Shown: positions 36,701 to 49,830 of the stretch, piece after piece | How positions within the stretch are numbered: the first letter of the stretch is position 1 | How the letters are laid out: each line of letters opens with the position of its first letter | Assembly (NCBI GenBank): GCA_050084515.1 | Contig: CM114271.1 | Location: 2,356,001 to 2,420,000, forward strand | Direction: 5' to 3' | Length of the DNA stretch: 64,000 nucleotides | Source: Blasia pusilla | Lineage: Eukaryota | Translations under genes and position numbers: made by a program | The notes under the pieces: model-generated | The model's database searches: none | Seen by the model: the letters and a program-made list of their open reading frames with translations, nothing else | Told to the model about the DNA's origin: nothing

Positions 36701-38840
36701 TCAAGGGGTTTTCAAGTAAAGGGAGGCTAGGTCAAAAGAGGTACGCAGTGCAAATAGAGGGGAGTTGAGTGAGCTCTCAAGGCGGTAAATTAAGAGGTCA
36801 GCTTGGGAATGTAAGGAGACAAGGTAAGAGGTCAAATTGAGCGCGATAAACCAAGGAGGAGCCCTGAACTTATTAATGCATACCTAAGTCTGCATAGGGC
36901 ATTCTCCAAGTGGATATGAGATAAGCTAACAATGCGTGCAAGTGCATAAGGATGCGTGCAACCGTGCGGGATAGCCAGGCCAAGCCGTGTAAGGGCAACG
37001 TAGCACTTGTATAGGGTTACGTGCCACAAGAAGAGTTCCATTAGACTATATACTCATAAAGATGAGAATTTTCCTTGAATTAGTTAAGATCTAGGAGAGG
37101 ACCATAGGGATTGATTCAAAATTGGAAGCTATTCTTAGTTCCACATCTCCATCGTCAATTCTTGATATTGACCATTTAGCATACATGTTACTAGCAGGAA
37201 AACATAGGAATGATCATGCCTTATGTACTATTGTCAAGAATATAATTGATTTTCACTAGTAGAGATAGAGATGTGGATACGGATCCATTGCAAGTCCATT
37301 TTTTCCAAGAACGACTACTATATGACTTCAGTATAATTGCACTTTTATGAGCCCAATATGTGCAACTCCATTGCTACTGGATGCAACTTTGCAAGTCAAA
37401 ATATTAAGCAAATACAAATAGTCATTTTTTATTTGTGACTTCAAAGACAAGTACCTAGCTTGCAATAGACTCACTTAAAGGGTTTGCGACAACTCACACT
37501 TTACGTTTACCGAATCTCGCATTTCAGTCGTAAGAGGCTCGTAACTTCACTCGTTGGAATTGTAAATGGGAAATTGTATTCCATTTTTGATAAAAGGGCT
37601 CTAAGAGGGATGAGGACCTTATTTCATGTGTGTGATTTTGCTTGGTGATAAGCGATATAGGGAGTATCTCTAAGACTCAAGAGCCTCAGGGGGATATAGT
37701 TGATGGAGATGAGGGTGGCATTACTTGAAAATTTAGTGAGGTGCAAGAGGTTTTATTTAAACTAGGTCTTTGGCAAGAGGCATGTACTCGCCCATGCTTG
37801 CATCAAATGAAGTCCCAATGCCAATAATAGTTCCTCCAAAAAGATGAGACGACTCTTCTGGTTATGAATACTAGGTTGTGATTGATTGCAAGTGTATGTT
37901 GGGAAGACTCCGAACTCATGAGTTAACGAGAAGTTGAAAAGGAGGGAGTATGTGCCTTATATGGAGGAGCCTAAAACCTTCAAAGAGTATTGTATTGAGG
38001 TACACGCAATACAACCAAGAGACTTAAAGTTTATGATGGACTCAATGATCGAGGGAGCATAGTAGCATACCAATGGAGGTAATTATAAAAACTAATTAGT
38101 GATAAAAATAATAATTTCATAGGGATATAGGGATATAGGGATGTGGGATAGGTTAGGGACTTAGTGGTGATTACAATTAAATTATCCATTTGAATAAATT
38201 TAAAAAGGTATAATATTTATGGAAAGTATTATGTTTGTCATTATACATCGTGATATACACTGTCCACTTTTTGCAATGTTTATCTATTCTTAGGGATATG
38301 TGTTATGATGTGCCTCCATCCATAAAGGGATCGGTAATTGATCTAGATAAACTACTCTAGCTTTGAGGGAAAGTGAAGGGTTTATCGCTATCTTTGTTGT
38401 TTTGTTGGCGGAAGCGTGTCTCCATCCTAAAGACAACACAATCATCCATAAAAATGGAGGGTCCATAAAAATGGAGGGTACATGACCTTTAAGGAATATC
38501 CATTGCAATTGAAAATGCAAGGCAAGAATTCGGAAGGATGTGGAAGTCCAATGGTAATATCTCCTCCAACACTCCAAAATATGAGAGCTCCCCTCCAAAC
38601 AATGTTTGTGTTGTGTGTGGATGCTCATAACGCTTGCTTAAAAGTGCAACATGTTAGAATTTCATATAAGATTTTTTGCAATTCAAAATCTTTCGTCCAT
38701 TTTTTTTAGTTTTTATTGTGGTTAGTTCTACAAACCATGGTTACAAGTTTGTCTCTCACCTCAAAGTTCTAAAAGTGAAATCCAAGAGAAGTAGAATTTT
38801 AATATCAACACAACATACTCTACTATCTTGAGACTATACA

Positions 38841-39320
38841 TGTCACTCGTCCAAAGTTGACCCACTCTCTCCAGGAAGTACGGAAGTATATGGTGCCAAC
38901 GTATGGGAATAAGACATGGTACGTAGTCATCGATGTCTGATCTTCTATCAATGACTATCCTAGATAGAAAGAAATATCCCTAAACTCTTCCTAGTATCTA
39001 AAAATAAATATTTCAATCTGTATCTCCTATCCCGTACCTCTACAAGCTGTCACATCTTAGTCAGCTGATAGGTAGAGTTCTACCACGTCGACAATAAAGA
39101 GGTTGTTTGGATGTAAGTTTGTCTTGAGGTGTCAGATGAGGTTGATGAGAGGTCCGTTGCATCGTTTCTAGCGATTCCCTATTTTGTTCTTTTTTCAGGA
39201 GCAGGTCGAGGCTCTCCACGTGAGGGACTGCCTTGACCTCCTTCTATGTCATCTTCAGACAAGGGGGAGAGTGTAGAGCAGTGTGTTAGTGCATCATCGC
39301 ACACAATTAGTGGTCCTACC
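38841..39320 (+). mobile_element. Possible LTR of a further family followed by a truncated PBS-like sequence
   Basis: Begins TGTCA, ends ...CACACA, followed by attag-TGGTCCTACC just before the family C LTR; no second copy in the window. Confidence 0.25.
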
Positions 39321-40411
39321 ATTGTCGTGTCGAGAGCCTTTCTCTGAGTAAGGGCAGGCCTTCTAGCTGCGGCAAACGCGGTCGATGCAAGATGAATTCT
39401 CTAAGAAGATCTCCTTTTTCAATATAAAATTTTTATGTATACTCTCCATTCTCTCACAACAAGTATCACAAATGGAAGTGCCGAGGCGATCACTTCTTCG
39501 TAACATCCGACCCCGAAATTCCTAACTATAAAATCCCTATAAACTATTTTACGCTTGTATACGAGGAAGATAGCACAACTAGTATTAAACCCTACTTGAG
39601 CAGGCCTATTGACGTCCATGGATTGCTATATAAGGACATACAAAGTACAATCCTATGTCCTTCCATATGTGACAATAGGAAGGATCATCGGAGTTGGAGA
39701 TTGAATGACCTGGTTCATGAACGCCTCCCCAAAGTGATAAAGTAAATAGCGAGTGAACCAGTGCCTATCTACAAAGCGTATCTTGATATGGTTTGGATTG
39801 AGGAAAGGAAAGTCGGGCTCAACTCGTGCTCCACCCCACTCCATGCTTGACAGACATTCTCTACTCTCCTCAAGAATGGGTTTTGGCGGAGTTATTCTCC
39901 CAAGAGGGCTAATCCACTCTCATTGGGAAAGTAACAAGCCAAAACATTCACTATTTTAGTATTAATAAACTCCTCTAAGGTGACAAACCTCTCATCTCCA
40001 CACACACACTACACTCTAGAAACCTCTCGAAGAATAGACCATGGTCAAGTTACTCTCCAAAGAGGGGTGATCCACTCTCATTGGAAGAGCAAGCAATCCC
40101 AAAGTCATACACTCAAGAGTGACACGAAAGACTCAAGATGTGGAATAGAAGGTGATGAACCCTTGCTAGGAGCTTCCTTCATTTTGACTAATGTTTCTGC
40201 AATATCTTCTTCGTGCCGCTCTAGCTACTGCATTCAGAGTGCTAGGAGCTCTTTCCTATCGAGCCCGTCTTCCCACAGCAAACCCATCCAAGTGGGTATA
40301 TCTCCTTCTGCTTGCATTATCGGCTTTGGACCTGTCATCAACTCTATAGGCGTGAACCCTGTAACAATGCTGTGAGTGGTTCTATCTACCCATAAAGCCA
40401 GTCAGCATAAC

Positions 40412-41399
40412 TGTCGCGACTCTCATGACCAAACGAGTGCCAAGCGGAACATCGGAACATTAGTGGGCTCACGCTAAGATGGTTTGCGCGTTGGAGTAGT
40501 CTCGAAGAGGAGACAAGAGACGAGACGCGAGCGAGGCTTCGCGTTTCAGATATTGTGGTCGCGACCGAGAAACCTGGACCAAACGCGGAATGAGATTTGA
40601 AAGAAGTCGAGTCTAGAAAGTGGGTTGCCAAAAGGAAGAATCCGGATTTGGAACGCCACTAGCATTTGAGAGTTTCCGATTGTATTTTTAACCATAAATT
40701 TTAGCACTAAGATGCATTTGGATTAAATAAAGATGTGTTGGAAGGCTTATGAAATGCCGGTTCAAACGCACTAAAGATCTCTGCAAACGCAATAGGAGCG
40801 GTGAGAAACAACCCGAAAACGATGTAAGTGGAGTCGGGTTGAGGGCCACAATGAAGGGCCCGACCCTCCTTTTCCAAAGGGGGTTATTGGAGAACCCCAG
40901 AAGTACTAGTAAGGGGAAGATCTCGAGAGTGCTTGGAACCCGAACCCCACTTTGGGCGCCGCGGGCGCTCAAGGGCATGGAAGGCAGGCGAGTTTGGGGT
41001 TGGGTTGGAAAACCTGCACCAAGTCTAGTGAGGCGATTTTAGCGTCCCTCTTGGATTTCACCCCGCGACTCATTACTTGGGTCTCGGTTTGGAGCTCACG
41101 AGGTCCGTTGAGCGATTGGGATCGCTAGGCGCGCAAGTGCCGTTTCAGATCCCTGGACTAACCAGGAAGTCTGTTCCAAGTCTTGAAGGACTTGCCATGT
41201 TTTGGAAACTAGGAACTAAGGAAGGTTGAGCTTGATGAGACGCCGAGTTGAGAACTCGGTGGGTTGGAACGCTGGTTGGCCCAGACCCAACTAACGAGAG
41301 TGCGTGTTTGGGTGCAGATCGGTGATGAGATCGTGACCTACTGAACGTACGCTTCTGCAACACTAAAGATTGATGTTCAAGGAGAGTAGGGGCGCGACA
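40412..41399. mobile_element. Solo LTR (family E) inserted in the integrase of element C
   Basis: TGTCGCG...CGCGACA termini with 5-bp TSD ATAAC (40407-40411 and 41400-41404); host integrase continues as in the copy near 58220. Confidence 0.9.
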
Positions 41400-44379
41400 A
41401 TAACGATCTCCATACGCCTTTACCAATGCTTGAATGATTGGAAAATGTCCCCTTTTGCTCTTGCCGTTTGTCTCCGGATTCATAGAGGTTGTTAATCTCA
41501 ACTGGACTCCATATCTCTTGAAGAACTCTCGTGCTTCCTTTGCATTCAACTCACCTCTATCTACACGGATTCTCCCGACACTCCCATATCGAGCAACAAT
41601 ATCCTCTAGAATAAAACGACATATAGGCTTTGTGGTTTTAGCCCGTAAAGCCCTCCCTTCTATAAAGTTGGACAACTCTTCTCGTGCTAGGACCAGGTAA
41701 CGCATTCCCCAAAGACCTAGTGGCATAGCAACTAGATCTATAACCCATTGATGATGAATAGACAAAGGATATGTGGGTTTAAGTCCATCTCTCATCCTGA
41801 TTTTTTATTGAAACTGACATTCAACACATGACCCAACATATCTCTCAACATCCTTATATAGGCCTTTCCACCAATATCTCTCTTTTATCTTGGTGAAAGT
41901 TGCCCAAGTACCTCTGTGTCCTGCCCATAAAGAATTGTGGAATTCTTTGAGCACTTGCATTTTTGTCCCATTGTCATCCACCATCCTCAAGGGAATTCTA
42001 TCTTTCCTCTTTGGCATTTTCCAAAGATACCCATCTTGTAGAAGATAGCCATACGCCTTATGCCGAATCTCCTTGAATAACTTGTCTGTCCATCCTCCGT
42101 CTCTTTGCAGAGTGCTTAAATAGCGCCCAATTTCTTTTAACCTGCCCTATTACAAATTCTCTTTGAAGGCTATAACATCCTCTATGCCACCTCGTTCTTG
42201 AGATAACACTTGCCACACATATGCATCATCCTCATCTATCTCACTTGCCTCCATATCTTCTTCTTGACTAAATCTAGCTCTAGACAACATGTCACCATCG
42301 AGTTCTCTTCCCACTATATGCTTCAATTGTGGATTCAAGGACCTAATGTAGGCTATCCAACGTAGCATGGCTATATCTGGAGTGGTACAATTCGCAATCA
42401 TACCCAACAGAGGTAGACAATCAACCTCAAGCAATACATAGGCTCCCATGAGATACTCCTTCTCAGCTTTCATTGCAGTTACAACTCCCCAAAGCTCCCT
42501 CTTTACCTGAGGGTACCTCCTCTGTCGTTCCGTGAGTGTACGAGCTCCAAACCTTCTTGCAAATCTTCTTCGTTGTGCGTCATCCTGCCCAACTGCCCAC
42601 CCGATAGTAATAGGACTAGTATCCACTGTGATGAGAATAGGTCTTCCACATTCGTAGCTCATTTGTCGTAGAACTGGTGGCGACTTCAATGCCTCCTTCA
42701 ACTGCATCATTGCTGCTCTTTGCTTCTTCTCCCAAGTGAACTTCTTCTTCTTTCTCAACAACTCATACAAAAGATCAGATATGTGGCCAAAATGAGGAAT
42801 CCACACCTGATAAAACACACAAGCTCCTAAAAACCTTCTCACTTCGGTGACATTTTCGCATTCTCGTATCCTCCCGATGACATCAACTTTTTCTGGATTT
42901 GATTTTCGGCCAAACTCTCCACAAAGATGACCCACTACCACAATCTGAGGAACTCCAAAGCTACACTTTTCTCCAGAAAGAGTAAGATTGACCTCTTCTA
43001 GTCTTGTTAGGATCATATCCACATCACGAATATAATCAGACACAAAGTTTCTACACCCATCTTTCACAACCCTCTCAATCCTATCTTCTATTGCACATCC
43101 TTTTATAGGAATATCATCTACAAAAGGAATGGTCTTCTCAGGAATGAACTCTCTCAAGATTTTATTCATTGCACTCTGCATGTGAGCAACAAAATTTGTT
43201 GCTCCTTGAGGTAATGTGCACATTCTTACAAGCCCAAGTGGAGTGCGCATAGTGATAATATCTCTACTCTCTGTAGCTAATTGGAATTGATCATATCTTG
43301 AGTGCAAATCTCCTATAGAATAGATAGCACGGGCTGCAAAAGCTTCTGTGACTTCATCTATTCTGTGCCCCGCTCCCATATTTCGAATGGTTACCTTATT
43401 TGCATATCTTTAATGAATCGGAGAGCTTCTGATTTCTTCGACACAGTGAACCATCGACTCGAGTAAGGCCCCATAGATGGCTCTAAGATACCTATCTGCA
43501 TCTTCTCCTTCAATAACTCAATCATCTTGGGAATCATAGCTCGTGGTAATGGTATGGGTTTCAAATCCCAAGGCACATATGGAATTGTGAAAATTACCAT
43601 AAGTGCCAGCACACTCGTATCTAGACAACCAATTTCTTGTGTAGTAAAAGAGAAAGCCTTACCATGTCTCCTTAACATCTCGAAAGCTTTTTCTTTCAAT
43701 TTCTGTGAGAAACTCATCCCCTCCGATTTGCAGACGATCTAGCGTCTCTTTTGTGAACTTGTGTCCTATCTTCTTGACATCCCGCAGACTTGGCTCCATT
43801 GATGCACTTTCTACTTGTCTCCCACAACCCTCTGGTAGTTGAGTAGCCATTGGTCCCACCATCCGAGCCACTGTCTTGTATTTTGTGTGCACTTGTGCCT
43901 CCATCGGATGTTCGTCAGACTCAAACACGTGCCCATCCGCTTCCTTCTCTGTAGATTCATATTCATTTTCTCCTTCCATGAACCTTGATATCTCTTCATG
44001 CAACTCACGCGAGTGAATTGTAATCACACTTGTATCCAGCGAGTCGGTGCTCATCTGGGTAAACACCTCTTCAAGACTATCTCCAAAACCCTCTTCTTCA
44101 TACATCCCACTAATGAACTCTTCATCTAATAGAACACCCTCACATTTTAACAAACCCTCTTTTTTTTCATAAAAGGCCTTTTCTTTTCATTCATTTCTTT
44201 CATCATTGGAATCTACTAGACCATGAAGAAAAACATTGAGAAAACCCACACCTAAACATATATGATTCTACCCCTTCTACAAGCGGAAGACTCTTTCTTT
44301 TCTCTGCACCCCCATATTCCCGCTCTACAGGAGTGCTAACTAAAAATCCGAAAACTCTTTCTCTACCTTCATAGGACCA

Positions 44380-44862
44380 TGTCACATATGAGTAACCGAT
44401 AGGCCAAGATCTATCGTGGATAGGGCGTAGGAGCCAACGGACTATCTTGAGTGTAACTTTGTCCCACGGTGTCGGATGAGGTTGAGGATAGGTCCATTGT
44501 GTCAGGAACGTCGTTTCTGACAACTTTCATGTTGAGGTCTTTTACAGCCGGGTGACTTGTTGACCAGGTCACCCACCCCTGGTAACCTGTGCGCGCAGGT
44601 AACCAAGGGGAGGGCTATTTTTAGGGGAAGAGCCTTTTGGCTCTTCCCAACCCTATATAAGAGAGGAAGATGGCTTTCCTAAGCCATCTTTCTCATGTTG
44701 GGCTCTTGGAGCACCTCCCTTGTATGTGTGTGAGATAGGACTAGGGTGCTAGCGTCCGGATTCCTTGATAGCTCAGGGTGGACGAGGCTCGATATGTCGA
44801 TGTAGATTGAGGAGTGGAGTTTTAGGCCGGGTATGCCGTTTTCACTACTCTTTATTTTTACA
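44380..44862 (+). repeat. 5' repeat A1 of element B
   Basis: Near-identical to 53367-53848, ends ...ctctttatttttACA, not followed by B or by a TGG primer site. Confidence 0.9.
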
Positions 44863-47800
44863 CGAGAAAGATGTCAGGGGGCTGGTGGGAATTCGTTGTT
44901 TGCAGGTAGGCAAGCGAGTTGCCTTGGTCGGGAGCCCGTGGAGACGTTGGTTGGCGTTGTATTTATCATTTTTTCTGTTCGGAAGGCCGTGGGCGGAAGC
45001 GCTGTCTATTTTTCTCAGATTTTGTTGGTGCATAGGGATTGGGGACAGTGATAGAGTGTAGTACGGAGTGAGTGTCGGGTGAACGCGAGTGAGGGTGTCG
45101 AGAGAGAGAAGAAAAAGAGAGTTAGGTCTTGCAGCCGTCGGGGGCGTTGACGGGCGTTTAGGTCGGCATGCGCGGACGGAAGGAAGGCGACGGCGCCCCC
45201 CTTTTCCCCCCGCATTTAGGGCCCAAGGGGCCCGCATAGGGCCGCGAGCCAAGTTTCCCCCCTCCAACGTGGTAGGGGCAACGTGGTTCCGCATGGGCAA
45301 CGTGGAGGCGGGGAGGATGTCGACGTGGTGAGTGACCACCATAGTTGGACAACGGATGTGGTCGGGCAAGTCCGGATGTGGTCGGGGTCATATTCATGTG
45401 GTCGGACAGGGCGTACGTGGTAGGATTGGATCCGACGTGGGTGAGTTCGGTTGCGCAGTGGAGAGTTTTGCGGGACTTAGTGTCTCGCGAGCGTGGATGG
45501 GATTTGCGACAGCACTTTGTCGGTCGTTACGAGTAGGTTGGAGGTTGTCATATCATGTGGAGGAGTGCATGTTGACGGTGCAGCAGGTTGGAGGGCGTGA
45601 TCAGGTTACCCATTCGAGTCCCTTTTCCCGCACTTGTCGTGTGTGATTGAGAGTGCTGGGTATTGGGTTGTAGCTGGTGCTAGGTGGGTGCAGTGATGGT
45701 GACAAGTGTAGACTCTTTTCATGTGTAGCATGTTGGTGGATATACGGCGGTTGCCAAGTAGGGATCACGTGTATGACCCGAGAGAGTGTCGCTAGGTTAG
45801 GTGAGTCAATTGGGAGGCTCATGGTGAGCCTGAGTGTTGAGTGTGCGTGAGGCCGGGTATGTCATCACGGGATTGATGTTAGCATAGGTGAGCTAGTGAG
45901 GCGTGTGGGAGACTCTCGGTGAGTCTGAGTGGTTGAGCGGGTGAGATAGGGTTTGTCATCACGACATTCTTCTAGGGTTCGGAAGAACGGGATAGTGCGA
46001 GCAGTAGTAGTGGTGTGACACGGAGTGGAGTGAGATACTGAGGGGTTACCAATGAGGAGCTACCTCGACATCCATCCGTGGCTGGATCTTCATCATTGGA
46101 CACTAGGTCTGGTGACGAGATCGCAGACAGAGATAGTAGTACTTGGCAGGAGATGGACGACATGGGCCATCGGGCATGCGTGGTTTCTCGGGTGCAGTGG
46201 GCACCATCTACTTAGATGATTTTATCCAGGAGTTCGACACATGGTGCGACTTCCAGGAGATATGGACCCCGACACGGTTCAACCCTTTCATGGCATGGAA
46301 GGGGTTGTTCCAGCACTTGGAGGGTTCCTCCGATGGATGACTACATGGAGTTTTGATCACTATATTCAGTAGAGATCGATGCCTAGAGGATGTATTAGGC
46401 TCCAGGGTATGTGTCCACTAGTGGTCGCGAGGCATATGATGGGATTGTGAGAGGAGAGAGACCCACACCATCAGCCCGGAGACTAGATGGAGAGGAGGGT
46501 AGTGAGACAGGCAATGCGGCAGAGACCTCTGGTGGTAGAGGGCCACCCAGCTTCAGCCCCACAATGGAGTTCATCCGACAGTTGGGGAAGAGCTACCAGG
46601 GCGTACGCATCGACAAGCTGAAGAGTCTACAGGATTTTTAGCGATGATCGGGTGAGAGTCTGAGAGAGGCATTCACACGAATGAGGAGGATGATCATTGC
46701 TATGTTTGGAGTGATTGAGGTGTAGTCAATCCAGTATTGGTACGGGGTTCTAGACCGAGAACTACGGAGGAGAGTCCAAGATGCGGTGCTGATTCACACA
46801 GCGAAGCCCACATTGAAGGTGGTCTTTGAGTTCTCTGAGCGTATTGAGCTCAACATGAGTGAGGAGCAAGTAGTGACCACTGGATTTTCTCAAGAGTCGA
46901 CGGGTCCACGAGTGACGGTGACCCCACAAGTGCCACTATGAGCACGAGTACCACGGGAACGGGCCAGTGTGCCCAGAGAGCAGGGCGGGTACCGTGAGCG
47001 TATGAGGCAACGACCCGTACCTACATATGTTGCCCAGCACGGACCGATGTGATCTTGTTGGACGTGTGGAGGGGCCCATAGGTAGAGAGACTGCCCACAG
47101 CATGGGAGAGGACCACCAGTGCCTCCGATTGCTCAAGAGCCACAGAGGATGGCTCCACCACAGCACCAGTGTGACCATTGCCAGAGATATGGTCACACTT
47201 GGGATAGATGTTTTGACCTTCGCCGAGGGGCACGTCCAGAGGTAGGCCGAGGGCCTAGGGGCGGTCATCTTGGAGGAGGTTGGAGAGTTCTTCCTAGACG
47301 TGGTGGTAGAGGACCACCACCAGCCAGAGGAGATGGAGCAGGAGCACCAGAGCCGGCACTTCTCTCAAGCATCGATCAGTTGGAGCAGAGGATTGCTGCC
47401 ATGACGATGATGCAGCTTAAGGAAGGCACGGAGCTGCGAGCAGCTAGTGTGACTCCAGCTTCTACCTCTTACCCTGACCCGGGTGAGGATCTCGCCAGTA
47501 TGGGATTTATGTGTAGTGCAGCCCAGGTTGAGGCAGCTGTAGTGATGCACCGAGCCATCAAGAGGTGGAGTTGAGATTGACCCACTAGAGGGGACCGATG
47601 GGCGGCAGGCTAGGGTTCCACAGTCGTTCACATTGTCGGAGGCACTACACACACCATCGATGCTGCCTCGACAACCAGCGGTGCCTACAGCTCAGGCACC
47701 TACGTCGACATCACGAGGAGTTGGAGTGACAACTCCTATGCCGGCTTGAGTGGAGTCAGTGTCGACCATAGTGTTGGAGGTGGCCACCAGAGTGAGTTAG

Positions 47801-48849
47801 ACTCCACTATTTTCCGCCAAAGAGTTGGCGACGTTGGGAGTTGGACCAACTGAGGTGTTCCGGTTGGCCGCCACATTGTGTGAGCATGGAGAGATGATTG
47901 CTTCTTGTTCAGAGGTAGTTGAGGAGGTGGTGGACTTGCCATCAGAGCCGATGCTCGAGACGTTCCCCATAGAGTCATGGCATGCAGCGGCGGCGAAGTT
48001 GGTAGATATGCCAGCTCAATCGGCCATAGAGCGAGCAGTGGTGACACCTGGAGTAGTGTTACTGGATAACCGAGCTAGAGTATTTTGCTTGGTTAGTCCC
48101 CCGGGGACAGTATACCACCTACAGCTCGTCCTACTTGATTCGGGAGCGCAACCCTTGATGTTAGGGAAGGCGGCGTGTTTAGCGTTGGGGTTACGGAAGG
48201 CCATTATTGAACCTTGTCCCCTCCAGATACAGACCTCGATTGGGGGCGTGTCACCCACTCAATATATGACTCGACAGGAGATTGTTGTCAGAGTCCAGCC
48301 AGAGCATGTGACGGATAGTGCTATGGTGCGCACACGTGCGATTACGACACCACCTGAGTCGTACGATGTGTTGGTGGGGAGTACAGTGTTATATCCCTTA
48401 GGATTCATCCTAGACTTCTGGGAGGAGACCGTTGCTTATCGGCCAGCATGGCGGTCAGGTGACCGCCGGATGAGTCAATTACCCGTGCAGTTTGCGGGAT
48501 GAGGTGGTCGATCACGAGGCGAGTCTATGACCACGTTGGCAGCTTTCACAGGTAGTGTTAGCTGGCCAGGAGAGTTGTTGGAGGGGAACGCACATGCGGA
48601 GGATGTCCTTGTAGCAGATAGTCCCACGGAGAGACATGCCATGGCGGGTGTCTCTTCCCATGTTGGCGAGGCCTCTTCACCATTGTGGGGTACGACTCGA
48701 GAGCTACAGAGGAGTGCCGACGACCTCGTGAGGCAGGCGTGGAGTCATGTTTTTATCCTAGAGCAGCGAGAGTCACGTGGCGATTGGGCTCTTGGAGTGG
48801 AGACGTTGACCCCACTGGATACCACACCTGTTGTGTGGTAGTGCCCAGA

Positions 48850-49830
48850 GGAGGGTGTTAGGGTGTTAGATCTCTTCGGAGGGATTAGCATCGGATTGGC
48901 TGCACTATTGCAGGCGGGCATACGAGTGCATCGGTACCTTTATGTGGAGAGAGATGAGACCGCGCGGTGAGTATCATTACGTCACGTGGCGAGATTGGTC
49001 CAGAGGTATCCTGAGTTGTTGCCGGTATCTGCAGTACGGGGATATTAGATACGCTACCCGCCGACATCTCTTTGGTAGGGGCGCAGGATCTGGATAGAGT
49101 TGGCACCATTCATTTGGTGATTGCAAGATGGCCATGTCAGGGTCATTCATTAGCTGGCCAAGGATTTGGATTGCAGGATCCGAGGTTAGGGATGTTTTGG
49201 GAGATGCTGCGAGTAGTACGACACTTGCAAGAGAGTCAAATATATTCTCCAACATATATTTTGGAGAATGTGCCATTGTTGGGAGACACTCGTGCACGTG
49301 TGATGACGAGTGTACATCAAGTGAGGTCCTGGTTGGGACCTGCTGTGTTGTTAGATGCAACGAGAGTTGGGTCACATGCTCATCATCCACTACTGTGGTG
49401 GACGAACCTGATACCATCAGAGGTACTGAGTCCAACATACGGTGGAGTCTAGAGAGCACCACATCTCACAGTGGATGCTATTTTGGGCTGAGGGCGTCGA
49501 TCTCAGGTGGTGACACGGGATGATAGACCACCGTTGGCCATGGCCAATAGACTGGGGGAGTTGAGGGAAACCTTACCTATGTTGGTGAGCTTCCCAGCAT
49601 CCCATGCCTTTCGTCAGGGAGGGCCAGGCATGATTTGGGATGAGGTGACCGGAGCATTGGAGAAGCCTACAGCAGATGAGCGCGAGCGCGCCATGGGGTT
49701 CACTACCAGTACTACGGCGGTGCCAGGGATGACTGAGGCATCCCGGAGACAGGATTTGGGGCAGGCGATGGACCTCAACTGTCTCACATGGATAGTCAGC
49801 CTAGGTATGGCTGAGCAGAGACGGATGCGA
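48850..49830 (+). pseudogene. C5-cytosine DNA methyltransferase domain (DNMT3/DRM-like) in element B, catalytic PCQ retained
   Basis: GVRVLDLFGGIS (I), IHLVIARWPCQGHS (IV, 49129-49143), YILENV (VI), LWWTN (VIII), ERERAMGF (IX), RRQDLGQAMD (X) in canonical order. Confidence 0.92.

Noticed and set aside
41145-41795. 216-aa ORF as a novel integrase fusion protein
   Set aside because: It is integrase reading through into solo LTR E; the same tail appears on ORF 19459-19947.
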